Assembly (NCBI GenBank): GCA_965219955.1
Contig: OZ244799.1
Coordinates: forward strand, 128,001-192,000
Length of the DNA: 64,000 nucleotides
Source of the DNA: a bacterium
Lineage (GTDB): Bacteria > UBA8248
Reading direction: 5' to 3'
Position 1 is the stretch's first letter. Every line of letters starts with the position of its first letter. Below are positions 9,712-18,652 of this stretch, in pieces. The position numbers were made by a program, and so were the translations under genes. Under the pieces are notes generated by a model that worked only from the letters and a program-made list of their open reading frames with translations, was not told where the DNA came from and ran no database searches.

Positions 9712-10164
9712 TTGCGGTTTCTCTTTTTCGATCAGATCAAGGAGGTGGTGCGCGGCGAGCGCATCGTGGGGGTCAAGACCTTTCCGCTCTCGGAAGCGTA
9801 CCTGAACGGCCATTTCAGCCGTGCCCCCCGCGTGCCCGGCTCGGTTCTCATCGAGGCGATGGCGCAGATTACGGGGTGGCTCGTGGTCTACACCCATGAT
9901 TTCAGGACTTCGTGCGTCATCTCGCTCATCGACGACGTGGAGGTGGCGAGCGACCTGCGCCCGGGCCTCTCCGTTGAGATTCATGGCGAGATAATCGATA
10001 CGAACGAACGGGCGAGCCTGTGCCGCGCGCGAATCGAAAAAGACGGCATCGCCGTGGCCAGGGCCGAGCGGTTCGTGTATCCCCACTTTCCCAACGACGA
10101 TCCCGAGAGCCTGAGGGAGCGCTTCAGGAGCTACGGCTGGCTGGCGTTCGAGGGGACGGCATGA
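9712..10164 (+). CDS. FabZ/FabA-like 3-hydroxyacyl-ACP dehydratase
   Basis: RFLFFDQI start; GHFSRAPRVPGSVLIEAMAQ contains the His/Glu dyad. Confidence 0.88.
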   Translation: MRFLFFDQIKEVVRGERIVGVKTFPLSEAYLNGHFSRAPRVPGSVLIEAMAQITGWLVVYTHDFRTSCVISLIDDVEVASDLRPGLSVEIHGEIIDTNERASLCRARIEKDGIAVARAERFVYPHFPNDDPESLRERFRSYGWLAFEGTA

Positions 10165-11426
10165 GCGCGCAGGTGTTCATTACCGGTCTCGGCATGGTGA
10201 CCTCCCTGGGCGCCGACGTGGAGACTTGCTGGCAACGGGCGCTGGCCGGCGAATCGGGCCTCGCGCCGATCACGTCTTTCGACGCGAAGGCGCTGCCCGT
10301 CGCCGGAGCGGGCGAGGTTTCAGAGGAGACGCTCCGCGCCATCAGGGAGAGGCTGCCCGAGGAATACGCGGCGGCGGGGGAGCGCAGGGTGTTGTTCGCG
10401 CTCGACGCCGCGCAGAACGCGATGACGGACGCCGGAATGCGCCCCGGCGATTATGCCCCCGAACGCGCGGGCGTGGTGATGGGGACCGGGTTGAGCAGCT
10501 ACCGGCTGGAGGATTTCGCCGCCTGGGCGGACCCTGAAAACGGCTTCGACGCCGCCCGCTTCGCCAGAGAGCTCGATATGACGCAGGCCTCCGGCTACTT
10601 CAACAACCCGCCCGAGCGGGCGACCTCATTGATGGCGGAGTGGTTCGAACTCGCCGGCCCCACAGGCACCATCACCTCCGCCTGCGCGGCGGCGGGTCAG
10701 GCGATTGGCATCGGGATGCGCATGATCCGAAGGGGCGAGGCGGACGTGGTTCTTTGCGGCGGGGCCGATTCGATGATCCACCCCGTCGGGATGGCCATAT
10801 TCCTCCTGCTGGGCGCGGCCTCCAAATCGAAAGCCCCCATCTGCCGCCCGTTCGACAGAAGACGCTCCGGCCTCGCCGTGGGCGAAGGGGCGGGCGTGGT
10901 GGTTCTGGAATCACAAGACCATGCGCGCGCGCGGGGCGCTGCGCCCTACGCCGCTTTGTCGGGCTACGGCGCGAGCATGGACGCCCATCAGGTGACGGCG
11001 CCGCACCCGGCGGGGCGGGGCGCCGTTCGGTCGATGAGCGAAGCGATGGAAGATGCGGGCCTGGCTCCTGATGATGTCGCCTACGTCAACGCGCACGGCA
11101 CGGGCACGAAACTGAACGATCCGGTCGAGACCAGGGCGATTCGCGAGGTGTTCGGCGCGCGGGCGGATGCGCTGGCGGTGAGTTCGTCCAAATCCATGAT
11201 CGGGCATCTCATCGCCGCCTGCGGCGCGCCCGAGTTCATCTTCACGGCCTTGAGCGTCGCGCGCGACATCGTGCATCCTACGACGTGCCTTGAGAACCCG
11301 GACCCGAAGTGCGATCTCGACTACGTGGCCGGGGGGGCGAGGGAGATGCCCGTACCCGCCGCCATCACGAATTCCTTTGGTTTCGGCGGGCAAAACGCCA
11401 CCTTGCTCGTGAGGAAGGCGGCCTAG
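10161..11426 (+). CDS. Beta-ketoacyl-ACP synthase (FabF-like, catalytic triad intact)
   Basis: ATG at 10161 (ATGA overlap); TSACAAAGQAIG, NAHGTGT, SMIGHL and NSFGFGGQN motifs. Confidence 0.93.
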   Translation: MSAQVFITGLGMVTSLGADVETCWQRALAGESGLAPITSFDAKALPVAGAGEVSEETLRAIRERLPEEYAAAGERRVLFALDAAQNAMTDAGMRPGDYAPERAGVVMGTGLSSYRLEDFAAWADPENGFDAARFARELDMTQASGYFNNPPERATSLMAEWFELAGPTGTITSACAAAGQAIGIGMRMIRRGEADVVLCGGADSMIHPVGMAIFLLLGAASKSKAPICRPFDRRRSGLAVGEGAGVVVLESQDHARARGAAPYAALSGYGASMDAHQVTAPHPAGRGAVRSMSEAMEDAGLAPDDVAYVNAHGTGTKLNDPVETRAIREVFGARADALAVSSSKSMIGHLIAACGAPEFIFTALSVARDIVHPTTCLENPDPKCDLDYVAGGAREMPVPAAITNSFGFGGQNATLLVRKAA

Positions 11427-11443
11427 ATGAGGGGTAATACGGA

Positions 11444-12196
11444 ATGAAAATCGATTTGAGCGGAAAAATCGCGCTGGTGACCGGAGGCGGGCGGGGCATC
11501 GGGCGCGCCTGCTGTACGGCCCTGGCCGAGGCGGGCGCCTCCGTGGCGGTCAACTACAGCCGCTCGGCGGAGGCCGCCGAGGAGGTAAAGGGGGAGATCG
11601 AGGCGGCCGGCGGGCAGGCGAATACCTATCAGGCCGACGTCTCCTCTTTCGAGGACGTATCGGCGATGTTCGAGCGGGTGAAGGCGGATTTCGGCACGCT
11701 CGACATCCTGGTGAACAACGCGGGCGTGATACAGGACGGCTTGCTGCTCACCATGAAGCCCTCAGGCTGGCGCAAGGTGCTCGGCGTGAGCCTGGACGGC
11801 GCTTACCACTGCACGAAGGCGGCGGGCGAGATCATGCTCAGGAAGCGCTCCGGCAAGGTGATCAGCATCTCCTCCGTCATGGGGGTTTCGGGCGGGGCCG
11901 GGCAGACGAACTACGCCTCCGCCAAGGCGGGCATCATCGCCTTCATGCGCGCCTGCGCGGCGGAGATGGGAAAGCGGGGCATCCAGTTCAACACGATTTT
12001 GCCGGGCATGATCGTCACCGACATGAGCGAGCGCGTGCGCGAGAAGGGCGGCGACGTGATTATGGGGCGCATACCGGCGGGCCGCTTCGGCGAACCCGAG
12101 GACGTGGCCAGGCTCGTGGTGTTCCTGGCTTCTGCGGAATCGGATTACATCAACGGCCAGGCGATAGCCGTGGACGGCGGCCTGCTCACGGGCTGA
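11444..12196 (+). CDS. fabG: 3-oxoacyl-ACP reductase
   Basis: TGGGRGIG, LVNNAG, GQTNYASAKAG and PGMIVTDM motifs. Confidence 0.88.
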   Translation: MKIDLSGKIALVTGGGRGIGRACCTALAEAGASVAVNYSRSAEAAEEVKGEIEAAGGQANTYQADVSSFEDVSAMFERVKADFGTLDILVNNAGVIQDGLLLTMKPSGWRKVLGVSLDGAYHCTKAAGEIMLRKRSGKVISISSVMGVSGGAGQTNYASAKAGIIAFMRACAAEMGKRGIQFNTILPGMIVTDMSERVREKGGDVIMGRIPAGRFGEPEDVARLVVFLASAESDYINGQAIAVDGGLLTG

Positions 12197-12214
12197 GCGC
12201 GGGAGATTGTTTTG

Positions 12215-12631
12215 ATGCGTCTGTACCAGGGGGTGGATTTGGTGGAGGTGGCGCGGCTGAAAGAGGCCTACGAGCGTCACGAGGCGTTCGGCGAGGACGT
12301 GTTCACCGAAGCCGAGCGGGCGTATTGCTTGAAGCGCCGGAACCCCTATCCCCACTTCGCGGCCCGCTTCGCGGCGAAAGAAGCCTGCCTCAAGGCCTTC
12401 GGACTCGGCATTTCCGAGCCGGGCGGGCTGGGCGGCCGGGGCCGCCTGCGCGAGATCGAGGTGGAATCGGCGGCCTCCGGCAAGCCGACGCTCAAACTGA
12501 GCGGTTCGATGGAGCGCATGAGCGCGCGAAAGAAGATCACCCAATCCACCGTTTCGATGAGCCATACGCTGGAATTGGCGGTGGCCCAGGTGATCCTCCT
12601 GGGCGACGACGCGCCGGAAGATGCCGGCTAG
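12215..12631 (+). CDS. acpS: Holo-ACP synthase (phosphopantetheinyl transferase)
   Basis: GVDLVEV, FAARFAAKEACLKA, GKP and SMSH motifs. Confidence 0.93.
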   Translation: MRLYQGVDLVEVARLKEAYERHEAFGEDVFTEAERAYCLKRRNPYPHFAARFAAKEACLKAFGLGISEPGGLGGRGRLREIEVESAASGKPTLKLSGSMERMSARKKITQSTVSMSHTLELAVAQVILLGDDAPEDAG

Positions 12632-12643
12632 GGGGTCGTTGTT

Positions 12644-13096
12644 TTGAGATACATGCTCGTGGACAGGGTGACGGCGTGGGAGGCGGGTGTCTCCATCCAG
12701 GGGGTGAAGAACGTCACCATGAGCGAGGATTTTCTGGAATTCCATTTCCCCCGGTTCCCCGTCATGCCGGGCGCGCTGCTGTTCGAGGGGCTGGTGCAAC
12801 TCGCCGGCTGGCTCGAGGCGGCAGGCTCCGATTTCACCCGGTGGATTCTTTTGGAAAAGGTTCGAAGCGTCAGGTACTATGGATTCGCCTTTCCGGGGGA
12901 TCAGGTGCTCCTGGGCGTGGAGGCGCGCGAAGAGGAAGAGGGGCTGAAACATTTCAGGGGCGTGGCCACCGTGGAGGGGGAACGCCGTGTGGTCGCCGAT
13001 TTTGCCGGAAGGGTTGCGCCGCTCGCGGATTATGAGGATCCCGAGGAGCAGCGCCATCATTTTCGCGTTCTCGGACGCGAAATTCGGTTGAGCTAG
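12644..13096 (+). CDS. FabZ-like 3-hydroxyacyl-ACP dehydratase
   Basis: RYMLVDRV, KNVTMSE and HFPRFPVMPGALLFEGLVQ motifs; TTG start. Confidence 0.9.
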   Translation: MRYMLVDRVTAWEAGVSIQGVKNVTMSEDFLEFHFPRFPVMPGALLFEGLVQLAGWLEAAGSDFTRWILLEKVRSVRYYGFAFPGDQVLLGVEAREEEEGLKHFRGVATVEGERRVVADFAGRVAPLADYEDPEEQRHHFRVLGREIRLS

Positions 13097-13108
13097 GCGG
13101 GATGAGCG

Positions 13109-14407
13109 ATGCGGGGCGCGGAAGTGTGGATAACGGGCGTGGGGCTGCTGACCTCCGTGGGCGAGAGCGCCGGGGAGAACTGGGCGTCGCTCCGCGCCGG
13201 GAGAAGCGGCATCGCCCATCACCCGAGCGAGGAAAACGGGACCCTTCCGGATAACTTCTTCTACCATGGCGCAGTCCCCGGCCATCAGGACCCGCCCGAG
13301 GTGCCGCCCAAACTCGCGAGCCAGCGGAAATTCCTGAACAGAAGCTCCATTCTGGGGCTTTACGCCGCGGCCGAGGCGGTGGCCTGCGCCGGCCTCGACA
13401 TGAGCGATGTGGCGCCCGACAGAAAATCCCTCTACGTGGGTTCGGGCGATTTCACCAGGGTGGGCTACGTGGATTTCTACGCGGCGCTCAAACAGACGGC
13501 GGGCGAAGCGTGGGACGCGCCCGAGCCCGCTTCCCTCAACGAAGCGGCGCTCCACAGGGTGAGCCCGTTTTTCCTGCTCGAGGGCCTGCCCAACAACCTT
13601 TTCAGCTACCTTTCGGCCATGTACGAATTCATGGGACCGAACGGCAGTTTTTCCAGCCTGTCCTCGTGCGGCGCGCAGGCGCTCGAGAACTGCGACCGCG
13701 TGCTGCGCTTCGGCGAGGCCGACGTCGGCCTGGTCGTGGGCTGCGGGAGCTGGGCGCACCCCATGGTGCTCCTGGAACTCGACGGCCTGGGCATTCTCTC
13801 CCGGGCGAAAGAGGGGGCGGCCTCGTTCCGGCCCTTCGACAGAAGGCGCGACGGGTTCTTCCCCGGAGAGGGCGCCGCCGCCCTGGTGCTCGAGAGCGCC
13901 GAATCCGCCCGTGCGCGGGGTGCCAGGCCCCTGGGCCGCGTCCTGGGGACGGCGAATTGCCAGGAATTCTCCTCTGATCGCTATATCCCCGTTCCCACCG
14001 GAGCGGTGCGCCGTTCGCTGGAATCGGCGATGGCGGAGGCGGACCTGGCGTCCGGCGATCTGGCTTTCATCCTTCCCCACGGGAGCGCGACGCCCCAGGG
14101 CGACGCGGGCGAATTGTCCGCCTTGCTGGAATACGGCGACAAGGCGAAGGACCCGGTTCCGCTTGCCGGCTGGAAGCCTTATACGGGACACATGGGCTCC
14201 GCCAGCGATTTGGCCGAGATCGTACTGGGGCTCTGCGCCATGAAAGACGGCCGCCTTCCGCCCACGCCGGGCTTTGAGCAAAAAGACGATGCCTTCGAGG
14301 CCCTCCACATCTCCACCGAGGAATGCGCCGTCGCGGGGGCCGCGTTCCTGTCCCTGAGTCACGGCATCGGCGGGCAATCCTCCGCGACCATCGTCGCCGC
14401 ACCGTGA
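13109..14407 (+). CDS. Ketosynthase-like protein with Ser at the catalytic Cys position (chain-length-factor-like)
   Basis: KS fold (RPFDRRRDG, GEGAAA, PHGSAT, YTGHMG). SLSSCGAQA aligns to SACAAGAQA, with Ser replacing the nucleophile and a Cys two residues later. Confidence 0.85.
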   Translation: MRGAEVWITGVGLLTSVGESAGENWASLRAGRSGIAHHPSEENGTLPDNFFYHGAVPGHQDPPEVPPKLASQRKFLNRSSILGLYAAAEAVACAGLDMSDVAPDRKSLYVGSGDFTRVGYVDFYAALKQTAGEAWDAPEPASLNEAALHRVSPFFLLEGLPNNLFSYLSAMYEFMGPNGSFSSLSSCGAQALENCDRVLRFGEADVGLVVGCGSWAHPMVLLELDGLGILSRAKEGAASFRPFDRRRDGFFPGEGAAALVLESAESARARGARPLGRVLGTANCQEFSSDRYIPVPTGAVRRSLESAMAEADLASGDLAFILPHGSATPQGDAGELSALLEYGDKAKDPVPLAGWKPYTGHMGSASDLAEIVLGLCAMKDGRLPPTPGFEQKDDAFEALHISTEECAVAGAAFLSLSHGIGGQSSATIVAAP

Positions 14408-15390
14408 GCGAATCCTCGAAACGCCCCAGGAGAAAGCGCAGCAAGGACAAGGGCGCGTTTCACCAATGGGTGGAATACGCCTTGCTCGTTTCTTTTCTGA
14501 AGTTCATCCGCCTGCTGCCCTACGGGGTTTGCCGCGCGGTCGCCGCCGTGACGGGGGAGGCGATTTTCCGGTTCGCTCCGAGGAGAAGACGCATCGCGCG
14601 CGCCAACCTGCGCATCGCGTTTCCCGAGCTCGACGAGGCGCAGCGCCTGAATCTTGCGAGGCGCAGTTGCCGCTCATTCATCCTCACCTGCCTGGAGGGA
14701 GCGAAGTTTCTCACCCGCTTCGAGTTGCGGCGCGCGGAGAAAACGGTGCGCGATATAGTGGACGGGGCGGAAGAGGCGATAGAAAAGGCGCGCGCGATTC
14801 ATGAGGATGCGGGCGGCTGCGTGTTCGTCGTGCCCCATCTGGGGAACTGGGAATACCTCGCCCATGCCGGCGCGCTGGCGGGAATTCCGCTGAGCATCCC
14901 CGTCCGCCCCCTGGACAACCGGAAGCTCGAAGCGTTGCTGTATGAAATGCGCGCGTCTTCGGGGCAGGAGATACTCGCCAAGAAAAACGCTTTCTTTCAT
15001 TTGCGCGAGGCGCTGCGCAAGGGCCGTTCGGTGGCGATTCTCGCGGATCAGAACGCGGGCGGAGAGGGGATAGACGCGCCGTTTTTCGGCAAGCCCGCCA
15101 GGACGACGCCCGCCCCCGCTGCGCTCGCCGTTCTCTACAACCGGCCCATCGTCCTGATCTCGTGCCTGAGAAAAGGCGACGCCCAGCGCTATGAGGTCTT
15201 GCTCGGCGAACCGATAGCGCCCGATATGAACGCCCAAAGCGCCAGGAAGGAAATCGAGAGGCTCACGAGGGCAATGAACGTGGAGACGGAAAACTTCATC
15301 CGAAGAGGGCCCGATCAGTATCTATGGATTCACGACAGGTGGAAACTCACCAAAAGCCAGGGTCGGGCGCGCTGGACCGATTCAGGCTGA
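14404..15390 (+). CDS. LpxL/HtrB-family (lipid A-type) acyltransferase
   Basis: GTG overlaps the upstream stop; ARANLRIAFPEL, PHLGNWE, LADQ, PFFG and PDQYLWIHDRWK motifs. Confidence 0.9.
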   Translation: MSESSKRPRRKRSKDKGAFHQWVEYALLVSFLKFIRLLPYGVCRAVAAVTGEAIFRFAPRRRRIARANLRIAFPELDEAQRLNLARRSCRSFILTCLEGAKFLTRFELRRAEKTVRDIVDGAEEAIEKARAIHEDAGGCVFVVPHLGNWEYLAHAGALAGIPLSIPVRPLDNRKLEALLYEMRASSGQEILAKKNAFFHLREALRKGRSVAILADQNAGGEGIDAPFFGKPARTTPAPAALAVLYNRPIVLISCLRKGDAQRYEVLLGEPIAPDMNAQSARKEIERLTRAMNVETENFIRRGPDQYLWIHDRWKLTKSQGRARWTDSG

Positions 15391-15789
15391 GGGAGAAGCG
15401 GAGGAAGCGGTTTCTTTCAGATGCCTGAAGAAGGGAACCCCCAGTTTTTCGAGTTTCGCCTCGAGCTTTTCCGTGCAGTCGCAATCCCCGCAGACGGGAT
15501 AGCCCTCGCAATCCTCCGGTTTCCGGGCGAAGCGCACGTCGATTTCCTCGAAATACGCCTCCCAGTAGGGCAGTTCCTCGTACAACTCATAACCCGGCCC
15601 GAACGCCTCCCGGCAGTAGCAGACCTCGAGCCAGCGAACCTGGCCTTTCTCGGTGAGCCTCGCCTCTTTCATGCATTTCAGGAAGGTTCTGTGCGCGATG
15701 GAGCCTCGCCCGAGTTCGCCGGACTCGATGGCTTCGAGAAGAGCGTCGCTTTTCCCCTCGATGACTTTTCCGCGCACCAGATAACGCAT
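15382..15789 (-). CDS. Cys-rich hypothetical protein
   Basis: 135 aa with GGAGG RBS and protein-like composition; WLEVCYC, PYWEAYF and C-x5-C-x2-C-x-C motifs. Confidence 0.75.
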   Translation of the reverse strand: MRYLVRGKVIEGKSDALLEAIESGELGRGSIAHRTFLKCMKEARLTEKGQVRWLEVCYCREAFGPGYELYEELPYWEAYFEEIDVRFARKPEDCEGYPVCGDCDCTEKLEAKLEKLGVPFFRHLKETASSASPSA

Positions 15790-15909
15790 GGAACCTCCAC
15801 GGGTTTTTCATGAATCCTTCATTCGATTGTAACATAGGCGATATGATTCATGTATAGATTGATGAACGCTTCGAGCTTCGAAGGCGCAAGGAGGCAATGC
15901 GAGGAACCG

Positions 15910-17391
15910 ATGAACTCCGGAACAAGCGGCGCGACGGACAAACCAATCGAGATCACCATGGTGGCGAGCGAGATGTTTCCCTTCGCCAAATCGGGCGGGC
16001 TGGGCGACGTCATCGGTGCGCTGCCTTTGGCCCTTGGGCGAATGGGCCATAAAGTCTGCGTCTATCTGCCCGCCTATCGCTCCGTAGTCCGGAAATATGC
16101 GCCCGGCTCCCCCGTGCGGATACCCGGCGTCTTCTCCGATGCGCGCTACGAGGTCTTCTCCCTCGAACACGAGGGCGTTTCGGTCAGACTCGTCGGTGCC
16201 GACGATCTGTTCGATCGGGCGGGATTCTACGGAGACGCGCGCGGGGCGTTTCCCGACAACGCGGAGCGTTTCGCCCGTTTCGCCAGAGGCGCGCTCTCCC
16301 ACATGGAGAGCGAACGAGCGCACCCGTCCATCATCCACTGCCACGACTGGCAAAGCGCCCTGATCCCGCCCCTGCTGAAGTACCACCGCGCGGGCGATGC
16401 GAAATGGAGCGGAGTCTCCACCGTTTTCACCATCCATAACCTGGCGTACCAGGGCCGCTTCCACCCGGATGACTTCGCGCACACGCGCCTGCCCGATGAG
16501 GCGATGGGTCTGGATGGCCTGGAGTTTCACGGCGACTTGAACTTCATGAAGGGGGGCATCCTGTTCAGCGACGTCTTTTCCACCGTCAGCGAGCGGTATG
16601 CGCAGGAGATGCTGACGGAAGAGCAGGGAGAAGGGCTCGAAGGGGTGGTCGTTTTCAGGAAGGACGCTTTGTTCGGCATCATGAACGGCATCGACGATGC
16701 GGTCTGGAATCCCGAAAGCGACCCGCATATTCCCGCGCGATTCTCGAGCGCGCATCCCGAAGCGAAGGCGGCGTGCAAGGCGGCGCTTCAGAAGGAACTG
16801 GGGCTGGAGCCGGACGCGGAGGGGCCTTTGTGCGTCGTCGTCTCGCGGCTGGCGCACCAGAAGGGAATCGACCTGATTCTCGAAACGATGGATGAATTGA
16901 TGGGCCTGGGCGTCAGTCTGGCGATCCTGGGAACCGGCGAGGAGGCGCTGGAAGAAGGCCTCGCCGAGGCCGCTTCGGTTCACCGGGGGCGGGTGGCGTT
17001 CGTTCCCGCCTATGACGAAGCGCTCTCCCACCGCATGTACGCGGGCGGCGACGTCCTGCTCATGCCCTCGCGCTATGAGCCTTCGGGCCTGAACCAGCTG
17101 TACGCCATGCGCTACGGCGCCCTGCCTTACGTGCGGCGGGTCGGCGGACTCGCGGATTCCGTTGCCTCATCGCCCACGCCCGACCCGGATGCGGACACCG
17201 GCTTCCATTTCGACGCTTTCGACCCGGCCGGTTTCCTCGCCGGGGTGGAGCGGATTTGCCGGGTGTTTTTGGATCAGGGCCTTTGGCGTATGATGATGCG
17301 CAACGCGATGGAGAAAGACTCCGGTTGGGACGGCGTCGCGCCCCGCTATGTCGAGTTGTACGAAAAGGCGATGCGTCCGCAGGCGCGTTGA
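15910..17391 (+). CDS. glgA: Glycogen synthase
   Basis: KSGGLGDV, IIHCHDWQ, TIHNLAYQG, SRLAHQKG and MPSRYEPSGLNQ motifs. Start taken as ATG 15910 (GAGG RBS). Confidence 0.95.
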   Translation: MNSGTSGATDKPIEITMVASEMFPFAKSGGLGDVIGALPLALGRMGHKVCVYLPAYRSVVRKYAPGSPVRIPGVFSDARYEVFSLEHEGVSVRLVGADDLFDRAGFYGDARGAFPDNAERFARFARGALSHMESERAHPSIIHCHDWQSALIPPLLKYHRAGDAKWSGVSTVFTIHNLAYQGRFHPDDFAHTRLPDEAMGLDGLEFHGDLNFMKGGILFSDVFSTVSERYAQEMLTEEQGEGLEGVVVFRKDALFGIMNGIDDAVWNPESDPHIPARFSSAHPEAKAACKAALQKELGLEPDAEGPLCVVVSRLAHQKGIDLILETMDELMGLGVSLAILGTGEEALEEGLAEAASVHRGRVAFVPAYDEALSHRMYAGGDVLLMPSRYEPSGLNQLYAMRYGALPYVRRVGGLADSVASSPTPDPDADTGFHFDAFDPAGFLAGVERICRVFLDQGLWRMMMRNAMEKDSGWDGVAPRYVELYEKAMRPQAR

Positions 17392-17417
17392 GGCGCGCCG
17401 AACAAAGGAGGTGGAAG

Positions 17418-18647
17418 TTGGATTCGCAGGCTCCCCGAATCATATCCTTCGTTATGGCGGGCGGCGTGGGAAGCAGGCTCCATCCCCTGACGGCCGCCCG
17501 CAGCAAGCCCGCCGTGCCTTTCGGCTCGAAATACCGCATCATCGACTTCGTGCTGAGCAACCTGGTGAACTCGGGCTATCAGTCCATCTACGTGCTGGTG
17601 CAGTACCTCTCGCAGTCCCTGATCGATCATCTGAGGCGCTCGTGGAACATCAGCGGGGCGTTGGGCAAGAATTTCGTGACGGCCGTTCCGCCCCAGCAGC
17701 GCGCAGGCGAGTTCTGGTTCAAGGGAACGGCCGATTCCATCCATCAGAACAGAAACCTGGTGACCGACAATGCGCCCGACATCGTCCTGGTGTTCGGGGC
17801 GGACCACATCTACCGCATGGACGTGAGCCAGATGGTTCGTTTCCATCTCGAAAGCGGGGCGGACGCGACGATATCGGCCCTGCCCGCGCCCCTCGAAGAC
17901 GCCCGGGAATTCGGCGTGCTGGCCGTGGACGAGGAGGGGCGGGTGGAGCGTTTCGACGAAAAGCCTCTCCACCCGCGGCCCATGCCGGGCGATCCCTCGC
18001 GCGCTCTGTGCTCCATGGGGAATTATGTGTTTTCCTCCCATGTGCTGATGGATGCGCTTATCAGCGACGCGGCGCGTGAGGGAGAACACGACTTCGGGCG
18101 CACCGTCATCCCCGCTCTTCTGGGCGAGCGCAAGAAACTCTACGCCTATGATTTCATGAAAAACGAGATTCCGGGCGTGAAGCCCACCGAGGAGAGGGGC
18201 TACTGGCGCGACGTGGGCACCATCAAGAGCTACTGGGAGACGCAGATGGACCTCCTGGGAGAGACGCCGCGCCTCGATTTGGGCAACCCCGACTGGCCGA
18301 TTCACACCAGCGCCTACCCGGGGCCGGGCAGCCGCATCGTATCCACGCAGGTGGATAACGCCCTGATCGGAGAGGGGTGCCAGATTTCGGGCGCCCGGAT
18401 CGAGCGCTCCGTCATCGGCCGCGGCGTGGCAATCGAAAAAGGAGCGCAAGTGACCGATTCGATCATCATGGATCACACCTACATCGGGGCCGGTGCGAGA
18501 CTGGAAAAAGCGATTGTCGACAGGTTCAACCAGATCGGTCCGGGCGCTTCGGTGGTGACCCGGGAGGCTGAATCCTTCCCCGGCGCCGTCACCGATCCTT
18601 CGGGCATCATCGTCCTGCCGCGCGGGTTCACCCGGCCGGTCATATAA
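17418..18647 (+). CDS. glgC: Glucose-1-phosphate adenylyltransferase
   Basis: MAGGVGSRLHPLT, KPAVPFG, GTAD, DHIYRMD and YWRDVGT motifs. TTG start after AAGGAGG. Confidence 0.95.
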   Translation: MDSQAPRIISFVMAGGVGSRLHPLTAARSKPAVPFGSKYRIIDFVLSNLVNSGYQSIYVLVQYLSQSLIDHLRRSWNISGALGKNFVTAVPPQQRAGEFWFKGTADSIHQNRNLVTDNAPDIVLVFGADHIYRMDVSQMVRFHLESGADATISALPAPLEDAREFGVLAVDEEGRVERFDEKPLHPRPMPGDPSRALCSMGNYVFSSHVLMDALISDAAREGEHDFGRTVIPALLGERKKLYAYDFMKNEIPGVKPTEERGYWRDVGTIKSYWETQMDLLGETPRLDLGNPDWPIHTSAYPGPGSRIVSTQVDNALIGEGCQISGARIERSVIGRGVAIEKGAQVTDSIIMDHTYIGAGARLEKAIVDRFNQIGPGASVVTREAESFPGAVTDPSGIIVLPRGFTRPVI

Positions 18648-18652
18648 ATCCC

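Noticed and set aside
11762-14377. 871-aa minus-strand ORF
   Set aside because: Antisense shadow of fabG, acpS, fabZ and the KS-like gene.
5697-15390. Calling the lipid operon a ladderane or aryl polyene pathway
   Set aside because: It has no radical SAM or desaturase genes and no aryl starter ligase or methyltransferase; only the parts list is similar.
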